Assembly (NCBI GenBank): GCA_024697845.1
Contig: JAILRZ010000049.1
Location: 11,404 to 75,403 of the forward strand
Origin: Eubacterium sp.
GTDB taxonomy: Bacteria > Bacillota > Clostridia > Lachnospirales > Lachnospiraceae
Direction of reading: 5' to 3'
Length of the DNA: 64,000 bases
Position numbers and translations under genes: made by a program. Positions 39,413-49,801 of this stretch are shown piece after piece (within the stretch, counting starts at the first letter, position 1; each line of letters begins with the position of its first letter). A model generated the notes under the pieces. That model had not been told where the DNA came from. It saw nothing but the letters and a program-made list of their open reading frames with translations, and did not search any database.

Positions 39413-42400
39413 TTATCTGAAGTTTTTCTCAATTAAGATGATTAAACCATCTTCATTTTTCTTTGCACCAAACAGTTTTCTGCTTCTTCTTGCAATTGCC
39501 TGATCAAGAATCGCTTCCACACTTTCCTGATTGATTCCTTTCTTTTCTCCAAAGCAATCATCAATGGCCTTATAGAATGCCAGACTTGCCAATTCGTCCA
39601 TCACATAGCCTTTTTCTTCCGCATAACGTTTTCCGTATTCCACCCATTCCTTGATGTTGTATTCACGAATGTGAATTACGTGATTGAATACTTCAGTGAT
39701 TCTTGGTGTAGACTTCAGAAGATTCTGCATCCCTTCTGTGTCGCCCTCCAATACAATAAGCATATCATCTGTAAACATTCCTGAGCAATCAATTATTTCG
39801 CTAATGGTCATCACTCCCAATTCATGAGCGTGCTCTACAATTAAATCACATCCGATTAATTTGCTCAAGGAGTTTCTGAATCCACGCTTGTTTAATGAAG
39901 TTGCATTGACCTTCGCCAGCTTACGGTTTCTTCTTCCACGCTTTCTGTTCACCAGTTTAACCATTTCGATTGCCAACGTGGTCTTTCCTGTTCGCTTATC
40001 ACCTAAAATAATTACATTGCCCTCGGTTGATTTTCCATCAGGTGTATATAATGCAATCAAATCTTCTACAGTCTCGCGAATGGATTCTTCCAATCCTTCG
40101 ACATTCATATAGCGTTTGAACACTGCCATTTCTTCGTCGGATAAGGTGATGCCAGGTCCTTTGTTTTCTTCGCTCTCAATTGTTTCATCAGTTTCTTCAG
40201 CATTTTTCTCAGGAACTTCCGTCTCTTCTTCAGAATTTTCTTCTGTTTTTTCTTCAGAAGTTTCCTCTAATTCTTCTGCATTTTCTTCTGAGTTTTCTTC
40301 GGGATTTTCTTCTGGGTTTTCTTCTGTTAAATCTGTCTCTGTTTCTTCTTCCTCAGAATTCTCTGCTTCCTCAGGTGCTTCGGTTTCAACTTCTTCCTCT
40401 TCCGGTTCTTCGCTTACAGGTTCTTCCTCAATTGCCTCTGGAATATTTCCCTCAACTGTTGATTCTTCTGTTGTTTCTTCCTCGACACCCTCAACCGCTT
40501 CCGGAATTACTTCCTGTTCGGTTTCCGGCGTATCTTCTGTTTCTACAACGGTTTCTTCCTGAACCGATTCTTCTTCCGGAGCATCCTGTTTTTCATCACC
40601 GTCCTTCTGATTCCACAGAATATTAGAAATCATTTCAACTTCAGCAGAAAGGCTGGTTGTTGCTCTTAAGCCATCCTCCTGTTTTTTCTGCTCGCTTTCT
40701 TCAGCAGCCTGAATTGCCTGCTCAATTTCTTCCGGACTCGGAATCTTATCTGTGATATTTCCCAAATCAGAATTTGCCACTATATTTTCATAAATTTCAG
40801 CTTTTCCAACATCTGCCGAGGTATCCCTCTTTGGTGGATCCAATGTTAAATCCAATATTGGAATATGATTCAATGTTTGTGCCTTTTGTTCTTCTCTCTG
40901 TCTTTCAATTTCAACTCTCTCTGCCGCTTCCTCCGCAGCTTTCTTTGTTGCTTCATCTTCCGGCAGTTCATTCTGAATTTCCTTGCGAATCACATCCAGA
41001 TTCGGAATCGCTACTGTCGCCTTGGAGACAACGTTCTCCGATTGTTCCTCCATAGTTTCCTCAGAAGCTTCTTCCGATTCTTCTTCCGGTTCTTCTTCCG
41101 GAACAACTTCTTCCTCTACAACTTCCGTTTCTGGAGTGGTTTCATCTGATTCCACAACCTCCGGCTCCTGATATTCGTCTTCTTCATCCAGTCCCTGATC
41201 AATTCTGGCTAATTCTTCTTCAATCTCTTTATTTTCTTCATTGCCAGCTTCTTCAATAATATTTACGGCCTGCTTAACCGTTTCTTCTTTTAAGATTCCT
41301 TTTTTATACAATGCTTCCAGCATTTTCTGAACATCACCCAGATTTTCAACAATCGGTGCCGTATCTTCTTTTCTAACTTTTGGCTCTTCCTCCGTTGTTG
41401 TTTCAGTAGACTCCTCAACAGGAGTTTCTTCTTCCGTATCCTCTGGCTGCTCGTTCTCCGTTCCTTCTTGGGACTGAGGTTCCATCTTGATTTCAATTAA
41501 ATCTCCGTTTTTTATTTCTGTTTTAACCAGTTCCGGTTCCGCTGTTGTTTCATCCGGATTTTCATCTGTAATTCCTTCTTCGGAGACTTTCAGCTGTTGT
41601 CCTGGCATAAAGGCCAAATCAGATTCTTTTGGTTTTTCAATTTTCTGAAACGGAATTTTTCCTTCTGCCACCTTTGTTGCGCCGGCACCCTCATGGATAT
41701 TTTCCCCATCAAAATCCAGTTCCTTCATTCCTTCGGCTACCACCGCTTGGATTTCCATTGTATCAAACTTGGAAAACTCCACAGATTCCGGAGCATTTGA
41801 TTCCTTAAGGTTCTTTCCGAACACTTCCGTTAATACTTCTTCGTCGTCTGGAATTTCTTCCTGTTCTTTCTCATCTTCCGGATAAATTTGAATTACATCC
41901 TCTGGAATTTCTTCGACTTCTTCTTCAGAAACTTCTTCAATTTCTTTTTTCTTTCCCTCATCGTATTTCAGCTTCTGGGCTGCAGACAATGGAACATATT
42001 TCTTCTTCAGTTCCAACGCTTTCAGTACATACTTTCCTTCAGAGAACCAAAGACTGATTTCATCACACATATCCACACATTTTTCCTGGTCTCCTACCAG
42101 ATGATATAATTTTGTCAGTTCATACGCCCACTTTTCTTCCATATCAATGTTGACATATTCTTCCAAAATCTTTATCTGTTCTTCAAGCGACTCTCCTTTT
42201 GCCTTTGCCATTTGATATTTTAAAATATATCTTCCGGTATCGCGAGGAGCCATTTCAATAAAATCTTCATAAAATTCTTCTGCTTCATCATACTCTTTTG
42301 TTTTAATGGATATCAAACATAACCGATACGCCAACTGTCGTCCGGAATTTGTGTTTTCATACGCAGTTAACAAAGCATCCTTTGCTCTATTATATTCATG

Positions 42401-42559
42401 ATTCGCCTCATATGCATCTGCCACCATTCCCAGGAGATTATTATCCCTTATTTTTCTCAAATCCAAGTCGTCTGCGATTTCAACGGCTTTTTCAAAATCA
42501 CGCTGATGCATTGCAGCTTTTAAAGCTTCTACTCTCAAACTAAATTCATTTCTATCCAT
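39413..42559 (-). CDS. Large protein: TPR-like N-terminus, long acidic low-complexity linker, P-loop/AAA-like C-terminus
   Basis: Helical repeats in about the first 200 aa; Glu-rich middle; ILGDKRTGKTT Walker A; start 42559 behind GAGG. Confidence 0.75.
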   Translation of the reverse strand: MDRNEFSLRVEALKAAMHQRDFEKAVEIADDLDLRKIRDNNLLGMVADAYEANHEYNRAKDALLTAYENTNSGRQLAYRLCLISIKTKEYDEAEEFYEDFIEMAPRDTGRYILKYQMAKAKGESLEEQIKILEEYVNIDMEEKWAYELTKLYHLVGDQEKCVDMCDEISLWFSEGKYVLKALELKKKYVPLSAAQKLKYDEGKKKEIEEVSEEEVEEIPEDVIQIYPEDEKEQEEIPDDEEVLTEVFGKNLKESNAPESVEFSKFDTMEIQAVVAEGMKELDFDGENIHEGAGATKVAEGKIPFQKIEKPKESDLAFMPGQQLKVSEEGITDENPDETTAEPELVKTEIKNGDLIEIKMEPQSQEGTENEQPEDTEEETPVEESTETTTEEEPKVRKEDTAPIVENLGDVQKMLEALYKKGILKEETVKQAVNIIEEAGNEENKEIEEELARIDQGLDEEDEYQEPEVVESDETTPETEVVEEEVVPEEEPEEESEEASEETMEEQSENVVSKATVAIPNLDVIRKEIQNELPEDEATKKAAEEAAERVEIERQREEQKAQTLNHIPILDLTLDPPKRDTSADVGKAEIYENIVANSDLGNITDKIPSPEEIEQAIQAAEESEQKKQEDGLRATTSLSAEVEMISNILWNQKDGDEKQDAPEEESVQEETVVETEDTPETEQEVIPEAVEGVEEETTEESTVEGNIPEAIEEEPVSEEPEEEEVETEAPEEAENSEEEETETDLTEENPEENPEENSEENAEELEETSEEKTEENSEEETEVPEKNAEETDETIESEENKGPGITLSDEEMAVFKRYMNVEGLEESIRETVEDLIALYTPDGKSTEGNVIILGDKRTGKTTLAIEMVKLVNRKRGRRNRKLAKVNATSLNKRGFRNSLSKLIGCDLIVEHAHELGVMTISEIIDCSGMFTDDMLIVLEGDTEGMQNLLKSTPRITEVFNHVIHIREYNIKEWVEYGKRYAEEKGYVMDELASLAFYKAIDDCFGEKKGINQESVEAILDQAIARRSRKLFGAKKNEDGLIILIEKNFR

Positions 42560-42649
42560 TTGACTTCCTCTTTTAAACCAATAAAAATATCCTACTCTAA
42601 CTCTATTTGCAAAATAATGCTTCGTTTTTCTTTCCCCCAAAATCCCTAT

Positions 42650-43246
42650 TTAAACAATCACACGTCCCTGCAATGCACGTAACAACGTCACATTGTCGAT
42701 GTTTTCCAAATCACCGCCTACCGGAACGCCGCTGGCAATTCGTGTTACCTTAATCCCCAATGGTTTCACGACTTTGCTGATGTACATGGCTGTTGCCTCG
42801 CCTTCCACACTGGAATTCGTTGCAATAATTACCTCATCCACATCTTCTTTTAACCGCTGAAAAAGTTCTTTCAATTTGATATCATTCTGTCCAATGCCCG
42901 CCATTGGATTAATCGCCCCATGTAGGACATGATAGACTCCCTGATACTCTCCGACTTTTTCATAAGCTGCCATATCTTTTGTTGTTTCAACAACCATAAT
43001 TGTTTTATGATCTCGTTGTTTGCTGCTACAGATTGGACAGACATCCTGATCTGTTAACGTACAGCATTCTTTACAATATTTCACATTATCCTTTGCTTCC
43101 ACAATAGCCTTGGCCAATCCCTGCACCTGCTCCTTCGGCATGTCCAGTATATGAAATGCCAACCGTGCTGCAGTTCTGGTTCCGATTCCCGGAAGGCCGG
43201 ATAATTCTTCAATCAATTTTGTAATATAACCACTATAGTAATCCAC
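42650..43246 (-). CDS. recR: Recombination mediator RecR
   Basis: LPGIG, C4 zinc finger (CKECC...CPIC) and Toprim (EVIIATN...EGEATA). Confidence 0.97.
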   Translation of the reverse strand: MDYYSGYITKLIEELSGLPGIGTRTAARLAFHILDMPKEQVQGLAKAIVEAKDNVKYCKECCTLTDQDVCPICSSKQRDHKTIMVVETTKDMAAYEKVGEYQGVYHVLHGAINPMAGIGQNDIKLKELFQRLKEDVDEVIIATNSSVEGEATAMYISKVVKPLGIKVTRIASGVPVGGDLENIDNVTLLRALQGRVIV

Positions 43247-43269
43247 AGAGTTTCCCTCTTTCTAAAATC

Positions 43270-43614
43270 TTAGAACAATCCCATGTTTCCTAATCCGCCG
43301 GTAATTTTTGACATTTTCTGATTAGACATTTCATCCATTTTACGAATTGCTTCGTTCACAGCTGCCATAATCAAATCTTCCAGCATTTCCACATCGTCCG
43401 GATCTACGACTTCTTCATCCAATTTAATCTTTGTGATTTCCTTTGTCCCGGAAATTGTTACTTCTACAGCACCACCACCTGCTGTTGCAGTGTATTCAGC
43501 CTGTTCCAATTCTGCCTGAGCTTCTTCCATCTGCTTCTGCATTTTCTGTGCCTGTTTCATCAAATTATTCATATTTCCCGGCATTCCTCCCGGAAATCCA
43601 CCTCTTCTTGCCAT
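43270..43614 (-). CDS. ybaB: YbaB/EbfC nucleoid-associated protein
   Basis: MKQAQKMQ, AGGGAV and DVEMLEDLIMAA motifs; sits between dnaX and recR. Confidence 0.95.
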   Translation of the reverse strand: MARRGGFPGGMPGNMNNLMKQAQKMQKQMEEAQAELEQAEYTATAGGGAVEVTISGTKEITKIKLDEEVVDPDDVEMLEDLIMAAVNEAIRKMDEMSNQKMSKITGGLGNMGLF

Positions 43615-45189
43615 TTAAAAATCCTCCTCTTCTACTTCCATGTTAATATGGCTGATTACTTCCTGGTAGTAATCATTAAAGTTCTGATTTGTTTCTAACA
43701 ACTTCAGTTCAACTTTTACCTGTTTTTTTATTTCATCACTGATGATTGTATTCAGCATTTCAATCACTTCCGGTTTATTGCATGCTCCGTAACCCGTAGC
43801 CGCATAACCTTCAAAAACAATCAACAATGTGTCTTCCCCTTTTACACTAAACCTTGCTCCGTTTAAGAACTGTTTGTAAGGTTGTGAGATATGTCTTTGT
43901 ACAGCCCCCCAGTTATTCACCACATACTGAATATCTTCCGGAACTGCCTTATCCCATACTTTCTTTGGTTTCGCCGGCTGTGGTGTTGCAACACTCGGTC
44001 CTGCCACTGCATTTTGCGGAACCACAAAATCACCCTGTTCAATCTTCTTTTCCAGCAAAGCAATTCGGTTGTTGAGAGAACCCATATCCCGCTCCATTGC
44101 TGGCTGATTCAGTTTAATCAGTGCAATTTCTATCAACACTCTTTTTTGTGAAGAATACTTCATCTGTCCGGACAATTCCGATAACACACGGATATATCTC
44201 ATAATAATATCCGTATCCACCATGGACGCTTCACTTTTCAATGCTTCCAGTCGTTCGGCTGAAGCATCAATAATGTCTTCCACGGAACCATCTGAGGTTT
44301 TAACCAGCATCAAATTTCTCAGATACCAGATAAAATCATTGACAAACTGTCCCAACTCACGGCCCTGCATTACCATCTCATCCAGGATGGAAATACTCTG
44401 AACCGTATCTCCGCCAATGACCGCACGAGTCAGTCGGCTAAACACTTCCTGATCCACGGCACCTAACACTTCCAGAACATTGTCATAAGTCAGTTTCTGT
44501 CCAAGGTAAAATGCGATACATTGATCCAGCAGGCTTAAAGCATCACGCATGGATCCATCTGCTGCCTTTGCAACATATCGAATTGCTTTTTCCTCGACCT
44601 CAATTTGTTCCTTTTCCATCAATTCCGACAAACGCGCCGCAATGGTATCAATAGTGATTCGCTTGAAATCATATCGCTGACAACGGGACAAGATTGTAAT
44701 CGGAATTTTATGCGGTTCCGTTGTGGCCAAAATAAACATTGCATATGATGGTGGTTCTTCCAAAGTTTTTAACAACGCATTGAAAGCCCCAATCGAAAGC
44801 ATATGAACCTCGTCGATAATATAAACCGTAAATTTCCCACTGGATGGAGAATACTGAATTTCCTCACGAATTTGTCTGATGTTATCTACACCATTGTTGG
44901 AAGCTGCATCGATTTCCATGACGTTCATTGCGCTTCCGTTATTAATTGCCTGACAAGTCGGACAATGATTACAAGGACTACCGTTTACCGGATTTTCACA
45001 GTTTACCGCCCGGGCAAAAATCTTGGCCACGCTGGTTTTACCGGTACCTCTTGTTCCACAGAAAAGATATGCGTGACCTATACGATTTGCTTTAATCTGG
45101 TTTTGTAATGTCTGTACAATATGTTCCTGTCCCTTGACATCTTCGAAGGTCGTCGGTCTGAACTTTCTGTACAATGCTGTATAAGACAT
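43615..45189 (-). CDS. dnaX: DNA polymerase III gamma/tau subunit
   Basis: ALYRKFRP, GTRGTGKT, IDAASNNGVD, IIDEVHML and SRC motifs; start 45189 behind AAAGGAGAG. Confidence 0.97.
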   Translation of the reverse strand: MSYTALYRKFRPTTFEDVKGQEHIVQTLQNQIKANRIGHAYLFCGTRGTGKTSVAKIFARAVNCENPVNGSPCNHCPTCQAINNGSAMNVMEIDAASNNGVDNIRQIREEIQYSPSSGKFTVYIIDEVHMLSIGAFNALLKTLEEPPSYAMFILATTEPHKIPITILSRCQRYDFKRITIDTIAARLSELMEKEQIEVEEKAIRYVAKAADGSMRDALSLLDQCIAFYLGQKLTYDNVLEVLGAVDQEVFSRLTRAVIGGDTVQSISILDEMVMQGRELGQFVNDFIWYLRNLMLVKTSDGSVEDIIDASAERLEALKSEASMVDTDIIMRYIRVLSELSGQMKYSSQKRVLIEIALIKLNQPAMERDMGSLNNRIALLEKKIEQGDFVVPQNAVAGPSVATPQPAKPKKVWDKAVPEDIQYVVNNWGAVQRHISQPYKQFLNGARFSVKGEDTLLIVFEGYAATGYGACNKPEVIEMLNTIISDEIKKQVKVELKLLETNQNFNDYYQEVISHINMEVEEEDF

Positions 45190-45373
45190 AAGCTCTCCTT
45201 TCTCTGAATTCCCTGCAAAAGTGTAACTGATTTTTGGGCGCACTACCCCCATTACACCTTTGGGTTTAATTATATAATAAAATCGATTTAAAATAAAGAT
45301 AAAAAAAAAGACAACTTTTCACGAAATTTTCGCGAAAATTGCCTTATTCTTCGTATATTTGCTAAATTTTAAA

Positions 45374-45636
45374 ACACGCGGTCAGTTTTGTGAATATCTC
45401 ATAAGCGTTACCTTTACAGTTAACTCGGTCCAGGCACCCTTATGTCACTCAGAAGATCACTGCTTAGTGCTGCTACATTCCTGTCCTGACACGGTTCGCA
45501 GGTCTCTGATGCATAAGACCCGGACGTCAACATCACTTATAAAGGGCAGCCCTACAAAACAAACCCGAGACTGACCATCACCCCTGCTATAGCGGATTGC
45601 AGGTACAGGGCGCCGCTACCTCCCCGGCTGCGTGGA
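45374..45636 (-). ncRNA. ffs: Signal recognition particle RNA, large Firmicutes type with Alu domain
   Basis: Minus strand GGGGAGGTAGCGGCGCCCTGTACCTGCAATCCGCT (Alu), GAACCGTGTCAGG-ACAGGAATGT-AGCAGC (helix 8) and 5'/3' CACGC/GCGTG pairing; lies between tadA and dnaX. Confidence 0.95.
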
Positions 45637-45641
45637 AATAT

Positions 45642-45671
45642 AGTATACCTTACACCGTTTTTCTTTGTCAA
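45642..45671 (-). promoter_or_regulatory. Sigma-A promoter of ffs
   Basis: TTGACA-N18-TATACT just upstream of the RNA. Confidence 0.75.
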
Positions 45672-45692
45672 GATTTTAAGAGAAATCTCTTG

Positions 45693-46355
45693 TTATCCTG
45701 CAAGATTCAGTTTCTTTTTTGTGTCTTCCAAACGACGTTTAAATTCTCCAAAAAATTCTGCTCCATATGTATCCTTGTAAAACACCTTCAGAAGAAACAT
45801 GGTAAGCACCTGCAACTGCTCCGGTTCCAGACTTTCCGCTTCCTTCTGGCATTGGATCAGAAACTGATGCCACGCCTTGATATACTCCTCATAAGATTTC
45901 AGTTCCGGCATATCAATCCATTTTTTCACTTTCACTTTTCCTTTTTTTTTCACCGGGCATTCATAGACCTGAAGGAAATAATGAAAATCATCTCCCTCAT
46001 AAACTCTTCCCAGTGGAAACATTCTGCAGATTCCCGGACGATAAGGATGAACACTACATCGTCCTTCTTCATTCAGAAAACCGCATCGTTCTTCTTCCCC
46101 GATCATTTTCAGATTAGGAAGAACCAGTCCGTCCACTACCTGAAGTTCTAATTTATCCTTTAATAAAGTTTCAAATCCCACCTGAAGTCCCTGACACAGG
46201 CGATGAACATCCAGCGGATCCAATACAATGGAATTTCCCATTCCACAACAACAGGCATGACATCCCTTACAGTCATGGCAATCGGCCTTGACCATGTCAT
46301 TAGCCGTATAGAGTCGTCCGTCTGAAATTTCTTTTAAATCCACATCTCTTTTCAT
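45693..46355 (-). CDS. YkgJ-family cysteine-cluster protein
   Basis: CHDCKGCHACC, CGFL...CSVHPYRPGICRMFP motifs. Confidence 0.85.
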   Translation of the reverse strand: MKRDVDLKEISDGRLYTANDMVKADCHDCKGCHACCCGMGNSIVLDPLDVHRLCQGLQVGFETLLKDKLELQVVDGLVLPNLKMIGEEERCGFLNEEGRCSVHPYRPGICRMFPLGRVYEGDDFHYFLQVYECPVKKKGKVKVKKWIDMPELKSYEEYIKAWHQFLIQCQKEAESLEPEQLQVLTMFLLKVFYKDTYGAEFFGEFKRRLEDTKKKLNLAG

Positions 46356-46365
46356 TTCGTTCTCC

Positions 46366-46824
46366 TTAAACTTTGGAACGCAGTTTCCGGAAAAAGTCTT
46401 TTAGCAGATTTCCACATTCTTCTTCCAAAATTCCTTTTTCAATTTCTACCTGATGGTTAAATTGTTCCACCTGCAACAGATTCATAATGGATCCGGCGCA
46501 TCCGGCTTTCGGATTCATACATCCAATATAAACTTTCTTAATTCGTGCCTGAACAATTGCTCCGGAACACATCTGACAAGGCTCTGTTGTCACATATAAT
46601 TCACAATCGTCCAGTCTCCAGTCATCCAGTTTTTTACTGGCTTTCTTAATTGCATTCAATTCTGCATGAGACAGGGTATTCTTATCCACCATACGACGGT
46701 TATAACCTCGCCCGATAATTTTTCCCTGGTAAACAATCACGCAGCCAATGGGCACTTCTCCAATGGAGGCCGCCTTTTTCGCCTGACGGATTGCCTCTTT
46801 CATATACTTTTCTTTTTCATCCAT
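46366..46824 (-). CDS. tadA: tRNA adenosine(34) deaminase
   Basis: GEVPIGC, HAE and EPCQMC motifs. Confidence 0.95.
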   Translation of the reverse strand: MDEKEKYMKEAIRQAKKAASIGEVPIGCVIVYQGKIIGRGYNRRMVDKNTLSHAELNAIKKASKKLDDWRLDDCELYVTTEPCQMCSGAIVQARIKKVYIGCMNPKAGCAGSIMNLLQVEQFNHQVEIEKGILEEECGNLLKDFFRKLRSKV

Positions 46825-46833
46825 AAGATATTC

Positions 46834-48603
46834 CTACTTAAAATATGATTGAATTACAGACCAGATTTTTCCGGATTCCTGACCCAGGCTCCAATAAGCC
46901 GCTCCACCCAGTTTATACTGATTCATCAATTCCAGTCTGCTCTTTACGGAAGTTTCGTCTTCCAGCCAAATGGTGACAAACTTGTCCCCTTTCTGATAAG
47001 AAACCTGATTCTGTCCCGTGTTATCATCAAATACCGGTGTAGATCCTGCTTTTTTGTACAATTCCGTTGCAGTATCCATAGAAATATCCTGACTGGTCAG
47101 ATAATAATCTCCGTTTACAGAATCTGAAATCAAAGTTCCTGATCCATCAGACTGATCTACCGGTGTTTCAATCCAGGCAGTGGTATAGAACGGCATTCCA
47201 TTAATCACTCTGGAAGCATCTCCCACCTGTTCCACCGTATCCTTAATGGACTGTTCCGTATATCCCAAGGAAGAAACAGATCCTGCTCCGTCTTCGCTGG
47301 TTGCATGCTCATCATAACTCATTACAATGATATAATCTGCCAACATTCCCTGCTGTTTTCGGTCATAGTAATCTGTCGAAGCACTCGGTACATAATTATC
47401 CACGGAAAGTACTAATCCCTTTTGTCTACACTGAATGGACAATTCTCTTAAAAATTGCAAGTAGTCCTGAGAAACCTTTTCTGAGATCATTTCAAAATCC
47501 ACATTGATTCCATCCATCTGATAGACCTGCGCATAGGAAATCAGGTCACTTACCATTTTCCGTCTGGCCTGATTGGATTTTAAAACTTTTCCGATATTCT
47601 TTTTCCCCTGAGTATCTAAGTCACTAATTACTCCCCATACCTGAAGGTTTGCATTGTGAGCTGTCTGCACATACTCAGCACTGGCAATAGATTCCACATT
47701 TCCCTTTCCATCTTTCAACGAAAACCATGTGGGTGAAATTACATTCAACCCCTTCACATTTTCTAATTTATTAGAAAGAGATGCATTAGCTGCCATTTGT
47801 GTCAATAAATGCCATACCATACTTACTTTTCCGTCCATCAACTGATGGGTATATTCCCCTTCATCTGATTTGAAAGAACGTTTTTCCCGTTTTTTCTCTG
47901 TCAATGAAGACACCGGCATATAGCCAATCATTCCATCTTTTGTACGTACCAGATTCCAGTTTTTTGATTCCTCTATGACTGTTACCTTGCTGTCTTCCGG
48001 AACTGTTGTGACAATCAGATTCTGATAATCTCCTCCGGTTCGCATTTCCATATCTTCATCTACAGTCATTACGGAAACCTCTCCCGGGCGATAAGTCATT
48101 ACAACTCTGGCCGGAGTTCCATTTTTTTCTTTGATATATTCAAAGGAATAATCCACATATCGCTTCACGAATTCTGCATTGACATAACACTGATCCTTGT
48201 CCAGAATTCCAGTGATAAAGGAGACCTTTTCATTTCCTATTTTGTCAGTATTTATTTCTGACTCATATATTTTCTGTGCATTTGTAAACATAATTTTTTT
48301 TGATTTTTCATTCCAATAAAAACGAGGATCCACTTCTTTTTGAACCATGCTGATATTCAAAAACACCTGGTTATCCTGAACAATGGCATACTGCTCACTG
48401 TATCGGTCTTCCAAAGCAACGGCAGTTACAACTCCCTTGCCACCTAACTTGTACGGATTTTCATTATCATCCGTTGTTTTCATATACCAGGAAAGATTGG
48501 TTTTTCCCTGATTTGTTTTACGGAATGTATCACATCCGTTCAACGTTGTTACTATGGAAACGCTCAAACCAAGAGCGATTATTTTCTTTGTAATTTTTCT
48601 CAT
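46834..48603 (-). CDS. GH18 glycoside hydrolase with SH3-like domain (YaaH/SleL-like position)
   Basis: SPTWF, DGINVDFE, VMSYDEH and AYWSLGQE motifs; SH3-like WNLVRTKDGMIGY; signal or lipoprotein N-terminus. Confidence 0.85.
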   Translation of the reverse strand: MRKITKKIIALGLSVSIVTTLNGCDTFRKTNQGKTNLSWYMKTTDDNENPYKLGGKGVVTAVALEDRYSEQYAIVQDNQVFLNISMVQKEVDPRFYWNEKSKKIMFTNAQKIYESEINTDKIGNEKVSFITGILDKDQCYVNAEFVKRYVDYSFEYIKEKNGTPARVVMTYRPGEVSVMTVDEDMEMRTGGDYQNLIVTTVPEDSKVTVIEESKNWNLVRTKDGMIGYMPVSSLTEKKREKRSFKSDEGEYTHQLMDGKVSMVWHLLTQMAANASLSNKLENVKGLNVISPTWFSLKDGKGNVESIASAEYVQTAHNANLQVWGVISDLDTQGKKNIGKVLKSNQARRKMVSDLISYAQVYQMDGINVDFEMISEKVSQDYLQFLRELSIQCRQKGLVLSVDNYVPSASTDYYDRKQQGMLADYIIVMSYDEHATSEDGAGSVSSLGYTEQSIKDTVEQVGDASRVINGMPFYTTAWIETPVDQSDGSGTLISDSVNGDYYLTSQDISMDTATELYKKAGSTPVFDDNTGQNQVSYQKGDKFVTIWLEDETSVKSRLELMNQYKLGGAAYWSLGQESGKIWSVIQSYFK

Positions 48604-49042
48604 TTCTGCCTCCTGCAAATACCCTAAAAGAGCCATAAAAAGATACGTTTTCGTTCTAATTATGGCTCATACGTTCTTCTGGGAAACTCTTTTTTGAAAA
48701 TTTCCTCTCATTCTAAATATAGAGAGGTCCGTTATTTTGTGGTATATATCTTCAGTTGTTGTCATCCCATTCTGCGTTTGTCTCTATCAGTATACACATA
48801 TTGATTGTGTGTTGCAACCCTCTTTCGACTTTTTTTTCAAAAAATTCGATTTAGATTCAATTTCTACTACATTTTCATACATAAAAATCAAATTTTCGGT
48901 TGTCGTTTCCACAAACATCTTGTAATATATTACTAATCGAAAAACTTTACACTATTTTTATTATTGGATATACTAATAATACTAGAGAGAGTTTTCTCTC
49001 AAACAACTCAATCTTATCCTATCAATCTAGGAGGTGATTACA

Positions 49043-49753
49043 ATGAAAATTGAAAAAATAAATGATAATCAAATTCGTTGCACCCTGAACAAAGAAGATT
49101 TAGAAGACCGCGATATTAATTTAAGCGAGCTTGCCTTTGGCACCGGTAAAACGAAAGAGTTATTTCAAGATATGATGCAGCAGGCCAATGATGATTTTGG
49201 TTTTGAAGTCAATGATATTCCATTGATGGTTGAAGCAATGCCTCTTTCTTCCGAAGGAATCGTTCTGGTAATTACCAAGGTCGAACATCCGGAAGATACC
49301 AAATCTCATTTTTCAAATCTGTTTTCAAAAGAATTCACGGATGATTTCTTTTCAAAATTGGAAAGTATGAAAATGGACTTAGGAGACTTCGAAGAAATCG
49401 AAGGAAGTAGCGAAGCATCCGAAGAAGGACAACCATCTGAAACAGACAACACATCTCTACTGTATAGTATTTACGTTTTTGACACTTTAAACGATGTAAT
49501 TTCTGTTGCAGGACAGCTTCTTCCATTTTACAAAGGGGACAGTTCGGTATATAAATCACCACAAAACGGTCGCTATTACCTGTCACTTTGCATGGAAGCA
49601 AAAGACGAGCATCTTCTCAACAAAATCTGCAGTATCTTAACGGAACAGGGCGAACGGGAAGAACCTTCATACGCGAAGGAACTGTTTTATGTAGAGCATT
49701 TCGATGAAATTATTGCCGACCAGGCAATTGAAAAACTTGGAAGTCTAAAATAA
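49043..49753 (+). CDS. mecA: ClpC adaptor protein MecA
   Basis: MKIEKINDNQIRCTL...EDL N-terminal domain; TTTACA-N17-TATACT promoter upstream. Confidence 0.9.
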   Translation: MKIEKINDNQIRCTLNKEDLEDRDINLSELAFGTGKTKELFQDMMQQANDDFGFEVNDIPLMVEAMPLSSEGIVLVITKVEHPEDTKSHFSNLFSKEFTDDFFSKLESMKMDLGDFEEIEGSSEASEEGQPSETDNTSLLYSIYVFDTLNDVISVAGQLLPFYKGDSSVYKSPQNGRYYLSLCMEAKDEHLLNKICSILTEQGEREEPSYAKELFYVEHFDEIIADQAIEKLGSLK

Positions 49754-49801
49754 AACTTCTAAAAAACAGAGTATTTCAACCAAACGAAATACTCTGTTTT
49801 T

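Noticed and set aside
45325-45340. Perfect palindrome AATTTTCGCGAAAATT as an operator
   Set aside because: It is explained as part of the ffs terminator hairpin followed by a T run.
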